From Perkinsus chesapeaki ATCC PRA-425 (Eukaryota > Protista > Perkinsozoa): DNA of 64,000 nucleotides. Positions 46,231 to 58,468 of the stretch are shown in pieces. Every line of letters starts with the position of its first letter. Positions within the stretch are counted from its first letter, which is position 1. The stretch covers positions 1 through 64,000 of the forward strand of contig JAAPAO010000115.1 in the NCBI GenBank assembly GCA_013115145.1, given 5' to 3'. The position numbers were made by a program, and so were the translations under genes. The notes under the pieces were generated by a model. It worked only from the letters and a program-made list of their open reading frames with translations, did not search any database and was not told the DNA's origin.

Positions 46231-48397
46231 GTCAGTGTCAGTCTCAATTTTTCCTGTCTGATGATTATGGATTAACATGGAGTATACTTATTATTGTTGA
46301 ACGGCCAACAGACCTATTATAATCTTCTATCAGTACTATTCATATGTCATTCAAGTGCATTCCTTCTCTCCATTTCTTCAAGATATTCTCGTCATCTATG
46401 TGAGTCTTGTGTTACGTCAAGGTTTGATTGACCGTCAATTGGTCCAGTCGACCGGAATGCGGAGGTTAATTCAAGTGATGAGCTCGATAGAACCCCCATG
46501 CTCATAGCGTGGTATCCTCTTGTACAGTTCTTGGAAAAAGGGCATCCGGAATTGGTGATTGACGGTTTTTTCTTATTTCCACTCGAATCACCTTTCTCAT
46601 ATACCCGCACGTCAACCGGAGCGTCCCCTTCACCACTGAACCAGCTACCAATTAGATATCCGAAATTCAATCAGTTTTTTTTTCAATGCAGACTGCATTA
46701 TGCAGTCGACTTAGTCTAAAGTAATGTAGGCAAATTCACATCGGCGACACACTCAACGATAGCCAATATAGGTGGTGCACCAAAACACGACACCCTGACG
46801 GAACTTCCATTGCAGCGTTTGTACCCTGAACTATCATTCTCCATAGCAGTATACACCCACACACAGCGACTACTGTAAGTGGTCCAAAGGCGCTAAGGAC
46901 CGCGACTCGTGCTAGTTGTAGACGCAAAGTTCCTAATCTCATGCATGTACTCTCCAGCAGTGAGCTCAGCGCAATGCCTTCTAGCCCACGCTGAAGTCCA
47001 CGGCTACTTTAATGAAGAGTAGGGCGGAAGCGTTGGGATTTACGAGCCACGGGCGCGAACAGATGGATTGGAATAGAATGGATGTACAGAGCCAATTTCG
47101 GCGTTGGACTCTTAACACACACACGCGCCACGCGGGGCAGCCATATCAGGTCACGGTCTCAGGGGATCAATATACCGCATAACAGAGGGTTCTGTTATGT
47201 GCCGAATGAGATTAAGTATGACTTGCGGAAGCTTATCCAATCAGTCCCACAGCCCAGTGTAGATCGCCGACTCAGCTTTTCTGACAATGCATCATGCAAA
47301 TATTCGAATCCAGTTATCACGCGCCGAGGAGCGGCTCACTGAACCAGGATTAGGACGCGAGAGCATCCTTATCGTTGTTCTTGCTTTTCGTATTGAACCT
47401 ATTGAGACATCGATCAACAGCTTTACCGACGTTTTTATTGCTATTAAGTCGCTTGCCAGGATAAAACCATTTTCAACGACTTTCGCGCGTTCTATTTTGA
47501 TATGCAATTGATATCCTAATCTCCTTATTTCCAATTACTAGGGTGTCATTCGTGTATCGAGCTTGTGTGGTTGAACGAAGCATAGGAAACTTCCATGATT
47601 GGCTCCTATTCCTATTATTAATGGAAACCTAGGGTGTTCTATCATTTATCGGACTTCTCGAGAACCGTAGCAAGCTGGTCGTGGTGAGCCACTTTGATTA
47701 GTTAACGTGCGATTCATGAACTGAAGAGCACGCGGAAGAGTGCATTTAGTGCGATTGGTGTAGTAGCGGCAGACAGTGGTAGCAGATGAGCAGTATGGAA
47801 CCCAGAGCGACACACTCTACTCAAACTTTGCACCGATTTGAGTGGTTCATTATGGAGCAAAACCAACAGAGCGCACTGTGCGCGGCGTAAACATCGAGTG
47901 TTGACTGACGAGCCATTCACCTCCTTCACAAGGCAATCTACTCCATCAGGAAAATGCCAAAAAATAGCTTTGTCAGGTCTCAGATGGCCGCGGCGAGCCA
48001 CACCAAGTGGGGGGTGCTTGGCCGTGTAAGAAGCCCTCACTGGAAGTTCCTTGCCATGCATTATTGACACCCAAGGAGAGTCGTTAACATGCTACTTGTG
48101 TTGCAAATCTGTCGCGCCATACAGCAACATGTGAAGCGCACGCGTGCTTTTCGAGACCCTACTGGGATCACCCAGGCAATCACGGCTTCGAGGATACTAA
48201 GGTATCTAAGCTGACAGTCTCTCATCGCGACCTCAAGTGGTTGATCAAACAGCTACCAGTTCCTTTCATTAACTGTCTACCAATAACTTATTGGCAATAC
48301 CTCGAGCATTGCTATCAATAAAGAGCATGTCACCAGCTGCTGTTTCACATTTAGATACCTGTGTGTTTTCCCGTTCAGCTTTGTTTCTGACTCGTAA

Positions 48398-48560
48398 ATG
48401 AAAGCTGCCATTATATTCATCATTGTGGCTGACCTCATCTCGGAGGTAACGGGTGGCCGTCCGGTACCCATCCCCTGCTACGAAGACAGTGACTGCCCTG
48501 ATAAAGGGCAGTTTTTGCACCTCGGGATGGTGCCGGCCAGTACTACTGTATAAGGTCTAG
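48398..48560 (+). pseudogene. Paralog of the 4-Cys micropeptide with a +1 frameshift in a T5 run (or a homopolymer sequencing error)
   Basis: MKAAIIFIIVADLISEVTGGRPVPIPCYEDSDCPDKGQF; deleting one T restores CTSGWCRPVLLYKV*. Confidence 0.7.
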
Positions 48561-49643
48561 GAGTCTGAAGATATGAACTATTGAATCTACCTTTCCGCTA
48601 CTTATCATGCTATCATTAAACCTGGCTTACCCAGGTTGACGATCTTACTCGAGAACCACCGTTATCTTTGGGATAGTCGTTTATGCGGCTGTTGTGTTAC
48701 ATAGAGGTTTATTAGTTCAGCCGGCTCATCTATATTCGGATGCATTATGAGACACATGATGAGCTTGATAGGATATTTACTGCAGACATTCCAGTCGTCC
48801 TCAGGCGGTCCTCTTCGAGGACCGGTACCCACAATCAGCTAGTTAGCGTTCAAAACTGTCGCTGATAACGAGTATTGCCAGCTGGAGGACGCTATCGCTC
48901 AGTAGTACGACTTTTTCATAAACCAACGCGCATCATTTGTGCCAGATTTGTAACACTAACAGACATCTTACTTGGAACAGAGCCCCATACAATGACAAAA
49001 CAGTATAGGCATTAAATTCTCCCGGCAGCAGTTGCACATAGAATGGACAGTCTAACCAAGCCATTTTGGCGTTGGACTATAAACTCACACACACAGTAGA
49101 AATATGAATTGTACCATGTCGCCTGCTGTTGGAGTCCAACAGTTGGATCTATCATAGACCACCTGCTGGTTACCAGCTACTGGTAGGAGGTCTACTGCAG
49201 TAATCATTGCTGAGCAACGATTCGGCTTACCCGGAGTTCGGGTCGTGAACTCGTTCTGCTGTAGTGACAGCGGATAATATATCTCTCACTTAGAACGACA
49301 ACAATGGAAAGCGTAACGAAACTGATATTATTATACCGAACTAACTAATCTACGAACGTGCGTGCCCTGAAGCAACAAATTGTAGCTACAATAGGCAACA
49401 AAAGCAACAATAGCAAGCATAGCAAGTCTGTATAAGTGAGCAAAGAGGATCTTGCCTCCGACAGCAACGAAAAAGCTGGTTCATAATATTGCCTAGCAGG
49501 TACTGCCTACTATAAGGGGGTCGATTATCGACCGCCGATATTATCGACCCGGTAATGAAATGTGCAATTACTGAAAATGAGTTTATACTCTAATGTGCTT
49601 CATAGCCTGACAATACAACTCTTTTGTAGGATAGAGCTCTAAA

Positions 49644-50042
49644 TCAGCAATTCGATTTCTTAAATATCACGAGTCCTATTTGCGGCACGAAAGTTGCCAG
49701 CTCGTCATTCTGGTAACCGAGATACTGGAGGCTTTCCAAACTAACCGGAGGATCAAACCTGTCAAACAAGGTCTTAAGGTTTGGGTTGCTGATGTCGATC
49801 TTAATTTGATCTTCACCATTCATCGTATAACCGATGTTCTTAGCGGAGCCTGACCTTAAAAGGATCTTCACGTCGAGGTCAAATAAACCACCATGGAAAT
49901 CGAAGCTGATCTTGCTGCTACCAAGCCTACCAAATTTCCTACAGTACATACCATTAGGGGTAATTTGGGAAAGTACAATAGGATCATAGATGCATACAGC
50001 AACAACCAATAGACAGCGAATGACGGATTCAGAGAAAGCCAT
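49644..50042 (-). CDS. Small secreted protein, paralog of 2728-3117
   Basis: Signal peptide from ATG 50042; PNGMYC...GSAKN...MNGEDQ...GYQND...FKKSNC shared with the 2728 ORF. Confidence 0.8.
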   Translation of the reverse strand: MAFSESVIRCLLVVAVCIYDPIVLSQITPNGMYCRKFGRLGSSKISFDFHGGLFDLDVKILLRSGSAKNIGYTMNGEDQIKIDISNPNLKTLFDRFDPPVSLESLQYLGYQNDELATFVPQIGLVIFKKSNC

Positions 50043-53000
50043 TATTGACGCAGAGCACAACTTTCCTTTGCCTCGGTAATAAACAGTGAACAGAGTTTAG
50101 CACTTACGCTTTAGGGGAGCCGCGGAGACATCAGTTCTGTCACCGTGACGGTGACATGGCTTAGAAGCGGTTATTGCATCGAGCACCATTGGAACTCTAG
50201 GGAGTTCTTTTTAGTAGTCCACTCTTGAAAATCTCTCGGGGTAACACGCGGATAACTCCCTCAAGTTGTTAGCGGACTCGGATTGATGTGTATGTTCCCT
50301 CTAGTGGTAATGAATGTTGCGCATTGAGGAGCAACAGTCAGGTAGACGGTTGCCAACCGTCGGTTGGTTAATGTAGTCCCCGAATTATAATAACTCGTTC
50401 ATGATGAAACGACCAATGACGAAAGATCGACTGTTCGTCGAGGAGACTGAGATTCCGGGATGGGTGAAAGTTGCTGTCTAGAGTTGAGGAATCAACGGGC
50501 TTGCCTAGAATAGACAGCGTGGCGCATGGAGGCTCCATGATGGAGCGTCATGGATGAAGCCTCAATTTTACAAGGCTCTATGATACAGTATTAGCTTCCA
50601 GAACATGTATTTCTTAGAATCTGGGGTACATCAGCATTTTAGTGTCACGTATTTGGTATTTTGTGCTTAGTATATTGTGAGTATAGCTGTTACTGACATA
50701 CACACGTGATTTCAGTGAGCTATTCGCAGTCGTACCAGATATATGGGAAAAGAACGCCTCAGCTAGGGATGGGCACCGGATTGTTAACATTATATCCGTT
50801 CCGGTCCGATCCGGCCTTGTGTTCGCTAGTCCGGTGCGCTCCGGTGAGTCCGGTCATTGAATTAATTGAGCTGCTCAGTATAAGCACTGTCGATTCAATA
50901 GTATTGAATACATATCAGTGATATGTATGGTGCACGGGTAGCGGGTATCTGCAGCAGATTGTACCACAATCAAACTGTTGCTATTAACACGCGCAATATC
51001 ACCATTTGGGCGATCGCGACAGATACTTATGCTATTCCCGCGGGAACCCTGTGGGTTCCGAGTCGGGCTCGGTGAGCCCACTCAAGAATAAGAGTCTTTT
51101 CTTCATCACGCGGAACTATTCATGCCTCATGGTACCTCACGCCTCCTGCGAGTCGCGTTACCAGGAAGCCCGCTTATACCCCTTCTGCTTGAGGATCGGC
51201 TGAAGACGGTGATGATCACCGTCACGATCATCGTGGCAGCATATGCGCTAGACAGCAGGTGTTCTACTGACTTCTCAATGAGAAGTTCTCATAATCGTTG
51301 CTGGATCGTTGTCCGTTTCTCGACCTCCCTTCTAGCATGTTCCGTCAAGTTAAAAGCGAAATGGGGAAGAACTTCGAAGTGTAAATGAAACACTGAATGC
51401 TGTAAAGTAACCGTGGCGGCTGATCCACCGTGGATCTGGGGTCCAGATTCTGGGGTCCAGATTCTGGGCTAGAGCCACCAGAGGCGCCAGATCATCAAGC
51501 CCTCATAGGAACTTTTGACTTTAAAACTCGACGCAGGTGTGCCGTTATATAAGCCCTTAATTGTTCAGCCGGCCGATTCGTTCGCGAAGGCTAATGCACA
51601 TTATGAGCTTGATCGAATAGTGCGAACTTCGGACTCCGAAGGCTGGCTCACAACTTGAGCAATACATGCGGTTAACGGAATTCGGGTTTGATCTTACTCT
51701 CAGTACAGTACTAATATTACTTAGTCAGGCGACCATATTATGGGGCCCATAATACGGAATTTGCATGCCGGGTTCGGTAGAATCAATCATTGATATGGGA
51801 CCGTGGAATCGTCGATAGTCATTGCCAATGAATCATTGGGCTTGTTCTCAATGAGAAGCGGCTATCACAATCAACTCATGAGCACTCCAAACTGTCCGTG
51901 ACATTGTTAGCTGGACAATGCAAGCAATTACTAGCACGACTCGAGTCGTCGACTCTCCCTGGAAAAGTTTCTCATGACCCAAGGCCCTTTGAGCTTGATA
52001 TCGGGGTTTGGGAAATGATCAAAGGAACACTGCCGTCCACCGCGCAGGTGAAGAACAAGAAACTGCGGCGTTCGCTAGTTTGTGTTAAAAAACGGTCTAT
52101 TATAGACCCAGTAGTATCTATTGGATGTGTTCAACACATTGTGTTGAATAGATTGGGGCACTATAAGAACTTTGTCCCGCAGTTAAGACTTACTGCGGAT
52201 AAGTCTCGGTGTCTTAATGAACTTCATAATATGAACCCGCGAACTGTACTAAGAACAAGAACGTGGATCTCGTCTCCATCTGAAATAAAATGATTGCGGC
52301 ATAGTATGATAAAATCGTAAAGTAGAAGCGATGGACTCCATCATGGAGTCTCCATGGCACGGAGCCAATGGGGTCGTTCCAAAGACTTTGCCTACTACGT
52401 TTACTACGTTTCTTTACGATTTTTCCAAGATCCTGTGTAAGACGCTGTCTCCCACGCAATTGATGTAGTGGAAATGACTGGTCGTAAAGCAGCTTCAAGG
52501 AGCAGAGCTTCCCGTTTTCAATTGAATTGAATCAATTCCCACTTGCTTCACGATTCTTAAATACAAGCATAGTGCTTATGCCATACCCCACTGGTTATCG
52601 AGCGAACCTTTCCGCTCCCCCTCGCACGGTGAGACTGTCATTAATACTTGTACAAATGCCAGAGTGATAACGTTATGATAACGGAGGTTAGCCAGCCTCA
52701 AGGGCATTGTAAAAACGCAAGCCGGAGGTTGTAATAGACTGTTTCCTAGTATGAGTGAGACCAGAAAGGCAAGACATGTAGATTATCTAGACTTTACCTA
52801 CTGTTTATATGGCCTAATAGACAGCTGCCTAAGAGACAGCGCCTACTTATTACTAGAGGTCATACAGATTTCGTTTACATCAATAGCTGCACTGAAGAGC
52901 GCGCCGAGTCTTCTCGGCTCTGGGAACTGCTCGTTGTGCATTCTCATTCATCAAATGTACACAGAATCTATAACAGATACCCATCCATATAGAGTATATA

Positions 53001-53171
53001 GGAATAACCACTTGAAGTTTCTAGTGTAAAGAAAAAACAAACCGGATATAATAGCCACAACAATGAAGTTGTTAAGTACTGCCGTATATTTAAGGAGAGA
53101 CTAAGGCAGACTCAAGAGACGAAGGCAGAGGACCATAGCAGCAAGAACAGCCTGCCTATGTTAATCGGTGA

Positions 53172-53550
53172 TTACTCAGAACAGCAGTCGCATAGCATGA
53201 ATCCACATTTGATACGGATGGCCTGACACGCCAGCGTAAGTTCAGGGACAAGCCATACAACAAGGCAATATTTACAGAATACGCAGTCGCTCTTCTTGGA
53301 AAGCCGGCGATGGACATCGGTATCTAAACGATTGTCCAGGACAATAGTGTAAGGACAACTTGTCCTTACTGCCATCAACGGAACGATTTGTTCCAGTATC
53401 CAATTGTGACCACTGTGACGGTTCTTCATCTCTGTGGTAGTCTCGTATCACTGGGGGATACTCCTCTCTAAGATAACCCACATTGCCTTCAAGGGGAGTG
53501 ACTGAGCAGAGGAGGGAGGTGAGCAGGAGGACGTTCACTAGGAAATGCAT
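53172..53550 (-). CDS. 110-aa secreted prepropeptide with an 8-Cys C-terminal domain (2 exons, intron 53324-53369)
   Basis: Removing a 46-nt GTAAG...TTTAG intron joins the signal-peptide ORF (53550) to the Cys-rich ORF (53172) in frame: ...SVDG|NTDVHRRLSKKSDCVFCKYC...C...C...CDCCSE*. Confidence 0.7.
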
Positions 53551-56441
53551 TATATCAAAAGTTTAAGGGGAAATGCTCAGCTGGTTACTAGAACACTGGT
53601 CTACTTTAGACAGAGGATCAGAATGACTGCTTCGGTAGCTTACATACTCTTGGTAGAGTGCCAGCCCCACAATATGGAGCCCGCAGATGGTCCCACGGAG
53701 CCTATTCCTGTTGGACTACTGAAGAGATCTTGATCGCACTCCAACCTACGGCTGTCTCATCTGAGGTGCGTCACCTGTAAGACGGGAATCCCGTCACGGC
53801 ATCACCTGACATAATAATAATCCCGAGTCCAGACTTCTCCATTATTCAACCCAAAGCGAGCCCTCATCATCCTGCTGACCCCGAAGTCGTGAGATGAAAA
53901 GAAACCTATGTGTAATGATATGAGTTGATACTCATAGTCATTTTGCATTACTCCCTGCGACAGAGATACTGTCACGGAGCTCATCGTGACGGGGATTCCG
54001 CCACGGGATATAACATCACGCTCGAACCCCTTCGCCGCAGCTTTAGCGCGCAAACTATCCGGCTCGGTGATCGGCCAGGTAAGGTTGCTAAATTTATCTG
54101 AGCTCCTTCTCCATTCTCCTTGTTTTACTTCTGATTGGGAGAAGTATCCCTCCTTAGGAAGACCTCTATTACGAGGTGTAACTTACGACTCTATTTTAAT
54201 AATGAGAATCGATGACTGGATTATACGATTAACTTACTATTGTATACCGTATCCTACTTGCCAGCATTATATTATTAATCACTGCGTATTTACCAGGGTC
54301 TGCCGTATACGCTGTGATAGTAGTACTAAGTACCGCGCTACCGAGATTTTTTTGATAAGCTCGCTTAGGCCAGCAACAAGTCTAATAACACGCTAAGCGT
54401 GTTATTAGGCAAGCCTTGTCACCTTCTTTGCCCTCTAGGTCAGAATTTCCCTTTTTCATCTTCTCAGGCTTCTTATCATCTCCTAAATGAAAGCTATCTT
54501 TGTATTCATCTTGCTAATTGCCCACTTCTATTAAGTATCATGCATCGATGATGAGTCTACTCCCTCTGAATGGGGCAGAAAAGATGCCCTAGACGCGAGC
54601 AGTTCTGCATAGTTAGTTATAGTTACCCACCATGATAGTCACGTTCATTATAGCATCCCCCTGTTGGTCTGTCAAATATGTGCCTTCATATGCCGAGCAC
54701 GAATTATCCTTTTCTTGATGATCCATCAATCTAGGATATGACCTCAGGGGGTCCATTCAATACCCATTGGGTATTACCCAATTATTTTGATAAGCTACAA
54801 GTTTTCTATAATACGTTTTTGTGTTAGCTATGTTGAGTGAGAGGTAAATTGTTGATGATTTCATCATCATCATCATCATCATGGTGAGCTCCGTAAGCTC
54901 ACGGCTGATGAGTCATCCGCATTTTAAATGTGCTATGTGATAGCTGATGCTTCACTGATAACTCAGTATAATCATTCACCGGTGATAATGACGAACCGTC
55001 TGCATCCTACCGCGCCACATTCAAAATGTGTCTGCGTGTCCTCCTTAAGCCCTCAAACGAATGGATCGAACTTTAAGGACGGTTTAGGCTACAGATCTTA
55101 CGGAGCTTCAATAGTCTGTCAAGACCGTACCATGGCAGGCAATTTCAGTAGTAGCGTTCACTGCACGAACCAATTTACAGGGCGACATGCAACCTGCATT
55201 TCAGGGTCACTCGCAGCCGACATCAGGCTGCCGACTCAGGAGCAACGAGACAGGCCGTTACAAGATAAAACGGCATGAGGCGATATTCATTTGCATTCCA
55301 CTGTAGAGTTATACATTAATTCCTGTGACAAAGTTGTTGTCACAGGAGCTAATGTGTCATGTCACGATCGAGCATCATCCCCTTAGTTGCCTCAATATTA
55401 GCAAGTCTCGTCGCTGTCCTAGTGAGCTCGCTTAAGCCCGTGAGTTCTCTTCGCTCTCCGATGATCTCCTTTTCTATTTCATATCTCCTTTATGGAAGCT
55501 ATCCTCGTCTTGATCTGTCACGCTGTGTGTTTTTATGTTCATGAGTATTCCAGGTGAATATTCCAGCAAAAAACTGATGAAAACGCGACCTCTAGGCAGG
55601 GGCTCAGCCAGGCGTATAAATGTACGTCTTTAGGCGTACAGAGCAATAGTAGGTTAACCCGCGAGTCCTGGCTGGGGGTAGATGGCTTTCGAATTGAGAT
55701 ACCCCGTTCCGCCTTCCAAAGTGCAGTGCGCTAACGCCGAGCCGGAACAAGCTGTGCATCCCCCTCCCAACCACTGTTGTGTCGCACAATATATCATGTG
55801 TAGCGTAAATAGCGAAATGAAGTCCACATCCCAAATAAGAATCATGGTCTTAGTGATCATTTGTACGAGGCTGTCCCTGGTATGGAGGCAGATAATATAT
55901 ATGGATTCGAGGCACTTAAGGGAATTACATCATATAGAAAGATTGATGAAAGACAATTGATAGGGAATCTTATGAAAAAGCGATCTCTTCACTGTGGAAA
56001 AGCTTCGGATCAAATTCAAAGCATATTAGGAATGCGTGTTCCGCATTTGTAATAGGTGTCTTGTAGAGATTGTCCCAGAGACGATGCGTCACCCCAAAAT
56101 CTATTCCGTCCCGGCTCCATTGAATGGAGATAACAGCACTTAATTCCCACGCCCTGATAGTTAACGCTGATGAACCACTAAGTAACGAACTGCTGTCAGC
56201 GAGCCTGGATTATCATGTACACCTCGGATCGGTGATGACGTGACTTAACACCTGCCCAAAGCGACAAGACAGGCTAAGGTGCACAGACAGTGATGTCGCT
56301 GCTTCAAAGGAGCACATTGCTTTGGAAAGCGCGCGGTCACCGTAGGCTCCACGGTGTGGTGGTGCAAACCTGGGTCGTTCTGAGAAATACGTGAATAGAG
56401 TGGATACTCAGTGTATAGCCGTTTTAAATCCTTGATTATCC

Positions 56442-57554
56442 ATGCTCGATTACAGGCTAATGATTACTGCCATTTATTCGGCAAGCATGAGCAGTATGGT
56501 GTATCCGGTATGCAGTCAGATATCTTTGCCTTTCAGCGATAATAAAGTGGCTGGGATGGCCTTCGATGGTCAGCCATTGGACTTATATCTCGACTCGGGC
56601 CAGAGTGGAACTTATGTTATATATAAGGAGTTTTATGAGAAGACCTATGGTAGATGTCCGCCCAAGACGTGCTATACTTGCATCAAAAAGTGCCATCCCT
56701 ACAGTGAGAAAAAGTTCATCTTAAAGTTTGATGATGGCAGTGCAATCACAACTGTCCATCATTATGGTGTTGTAGAACTCGCAGGTCATAAGCTAGAGAT
56801 GGAATTCGGAGTTATTATAGGATGGTCTCCAAGTCCGAAGTTCCCGACTGAGAGACCTCTGAACTACTTGGGGCTTGAATACCATCGTGTTGCATCTGGT
56901 GAGAACATTATGATACAGCTGTTCCTGAAGAAGATTATATCCGAGAAAAGGGTATCGATATGTGTATCTAGCGATGCTAAAACCTTCACTGGTGAGGTTA
57001 TACTCGGCGCATTCAAAGAGAAGCAGTGTCCAACCACCTCCCCCAAAATAGTGCTTCCGGTAAAATCATCCGGATACTTCGATACGGCACTCCTGTCACT
57101 TGGCTTGGTGAGTCCCAAAGGCAAATCTTCCATAAAGCATTTGCCCGATGGTATAGCGGTCTATGATACAGGAACATATTGCATTGTTCTACCTGAGCCA
57201 TACTTCGAGTTTGTATTGAATACGATTACCCAAATTGTCAAGCAAGCTTCAGGCCTGGACGTTCGAGTTGAAATAAAAGATGGTTTATGGTACATTGAAC
57301 AGAGAGGATATGACTACCTTCCTAGGCTGGCATTTGTCGTCGGTGATCCCGAGAACCACAGAACTATATATATCCCGCCCAGGCACTATACGAAGGACTG
57401 TGATGGCACTTGGTGTATTCTTCTACTACTACAGCACAACTTCGCCGAAATACTACTTGGTCGTCCAGTTTTTACGACTTACTTTTCTTCATTCGTAGAA
57501 AATAAGGAAGGTCAGAGAACGGCAACATTAGCTACTTACAACAGAGGTGAATAG
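56442..57554 (+). CDS. Pepsin-like (A1) aspartyl protease, single exon
   Basis: Catalytic LYLDSGQS and AVYDTGT motifs, flap-like FDDGS, C-terminal ILLGRPVFTTYF; N-terminal signal-like segment. Confidence 0.92.
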   Translation: MLDYRLMITAIYSASMSSMVYPVCSQISLPFSDNKVAGMAFDGQPLDLYLDSGQSGTYVIYKEFYEKTYGRCPPKTCYTCIKKCHPYSEKKFILKFDDGSAITTVHHYGVVELAGHKLEMEFGVIIGWSPSPKFPTERPLNYLGLEYHRVASGENIMIQLFLKKIISEKRVSICVSSDAKTFTGEVILGAFKEKQCPTTSPKIVLPVKSSGYFDTALLSLGLVSPKGKSSIKHLPDGIAVYDTGTYCIVLPEPYFEFVLNTITQIVKQASGLDVRVEIKDGLWYIEQRGYDYLPRLAFVVGDPENHRTIYIPPRHYTKDCDGTWCILLLLQHNFAEILLGRPVFTTYFSSFVENKEGQRTATLATYNRGE

Positions 57555-57724
57555 TAATGATCAAATATCATCCATGTTTTCAGTCATTTTTATTGGCTTT
57601 GTCATGAGACAGCGTTGGGTTATAAATTCAACTTGTCATACGACCTGTGGTTACACGCAAAAGCAATTTTTATCCGTCTAACGAAACTACTCTGGAGGTC
57701 GCAAACAAAAACCTCGACAACTTC

Positions 57725-57755
<31 letters not shown>

Positions 57756-58468
57756 TTCGGCGTGATTATTGTCTGTCGCAGTAGAAATACTGCAAGCCGG
57801 CCACTACTGTATACCAGGACCTTCTGCTCTGACGATGATGTGTAACTTTAACCTGGCCGTACTGTATGGTCGTCCATACACTCCCTATCTGGTGCGCTGT
57901 TAATGACAGCCTGTTATATGGAGCTTTGAGAGAGAATAGTATTCTCGGAATACTATTAGTTAACATTCCAAGATCATCCGGCATTGCACCTCCGACAAAC
58001 TCTCTGATAGCTTTTCTGGGCCATCTTGACTCAGTGGTGGAGCACATTCTCGAAGCTATCATCAATCGTGTTTCCGATTTATAACTTCGATAACGTAATA
58101 ACATAATATAACAATGGGAGTATGTTTGACAGGTACACTCATAAGGCTTCAGAGGAGCTGACACAGAGATCAAACCGAGCGACTAATCATTTATAACGGC
58201 GATCGAATGTGAACTATTGGGAGGTTTCCGATGAGAACCCACTCGCCGTTCGGTAAGTAATAGTCAGTACTATTTATCTAGACGAGCAATCAAGTAACTG
58301 GTACATTTGAGAGTTGGTACTCAGAGTTGTCGTGGATAATCCATGTAGGACCTCACCTAGAGCGTAAGAGCATTGCTCTAGACGACTGATGTCGCCTGAA
58401 ATTCGCCATTTACCTGGGACGGTTCCGGTTGAGCACGACTAGCTAAACAAACGATTAGTAGCAATTTG

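Noticed and set aside
49059-49070. AGCCATTTTGGC, part of the dinoflagellate/perkinsid spliced leader
   Set aside because: Only 12 nt, lacks the CCGT start and TCAAG end, and is not adjacent to a gene start or GT donor. I found no SL RNA gene or relic SL in the window by eye.
51898-56052. ORFs 51898..52293 and 55861..56052 as transposon remnants
   Set aside because: No RT, integrase or DDE motif could be identified by eye; left unannotated.
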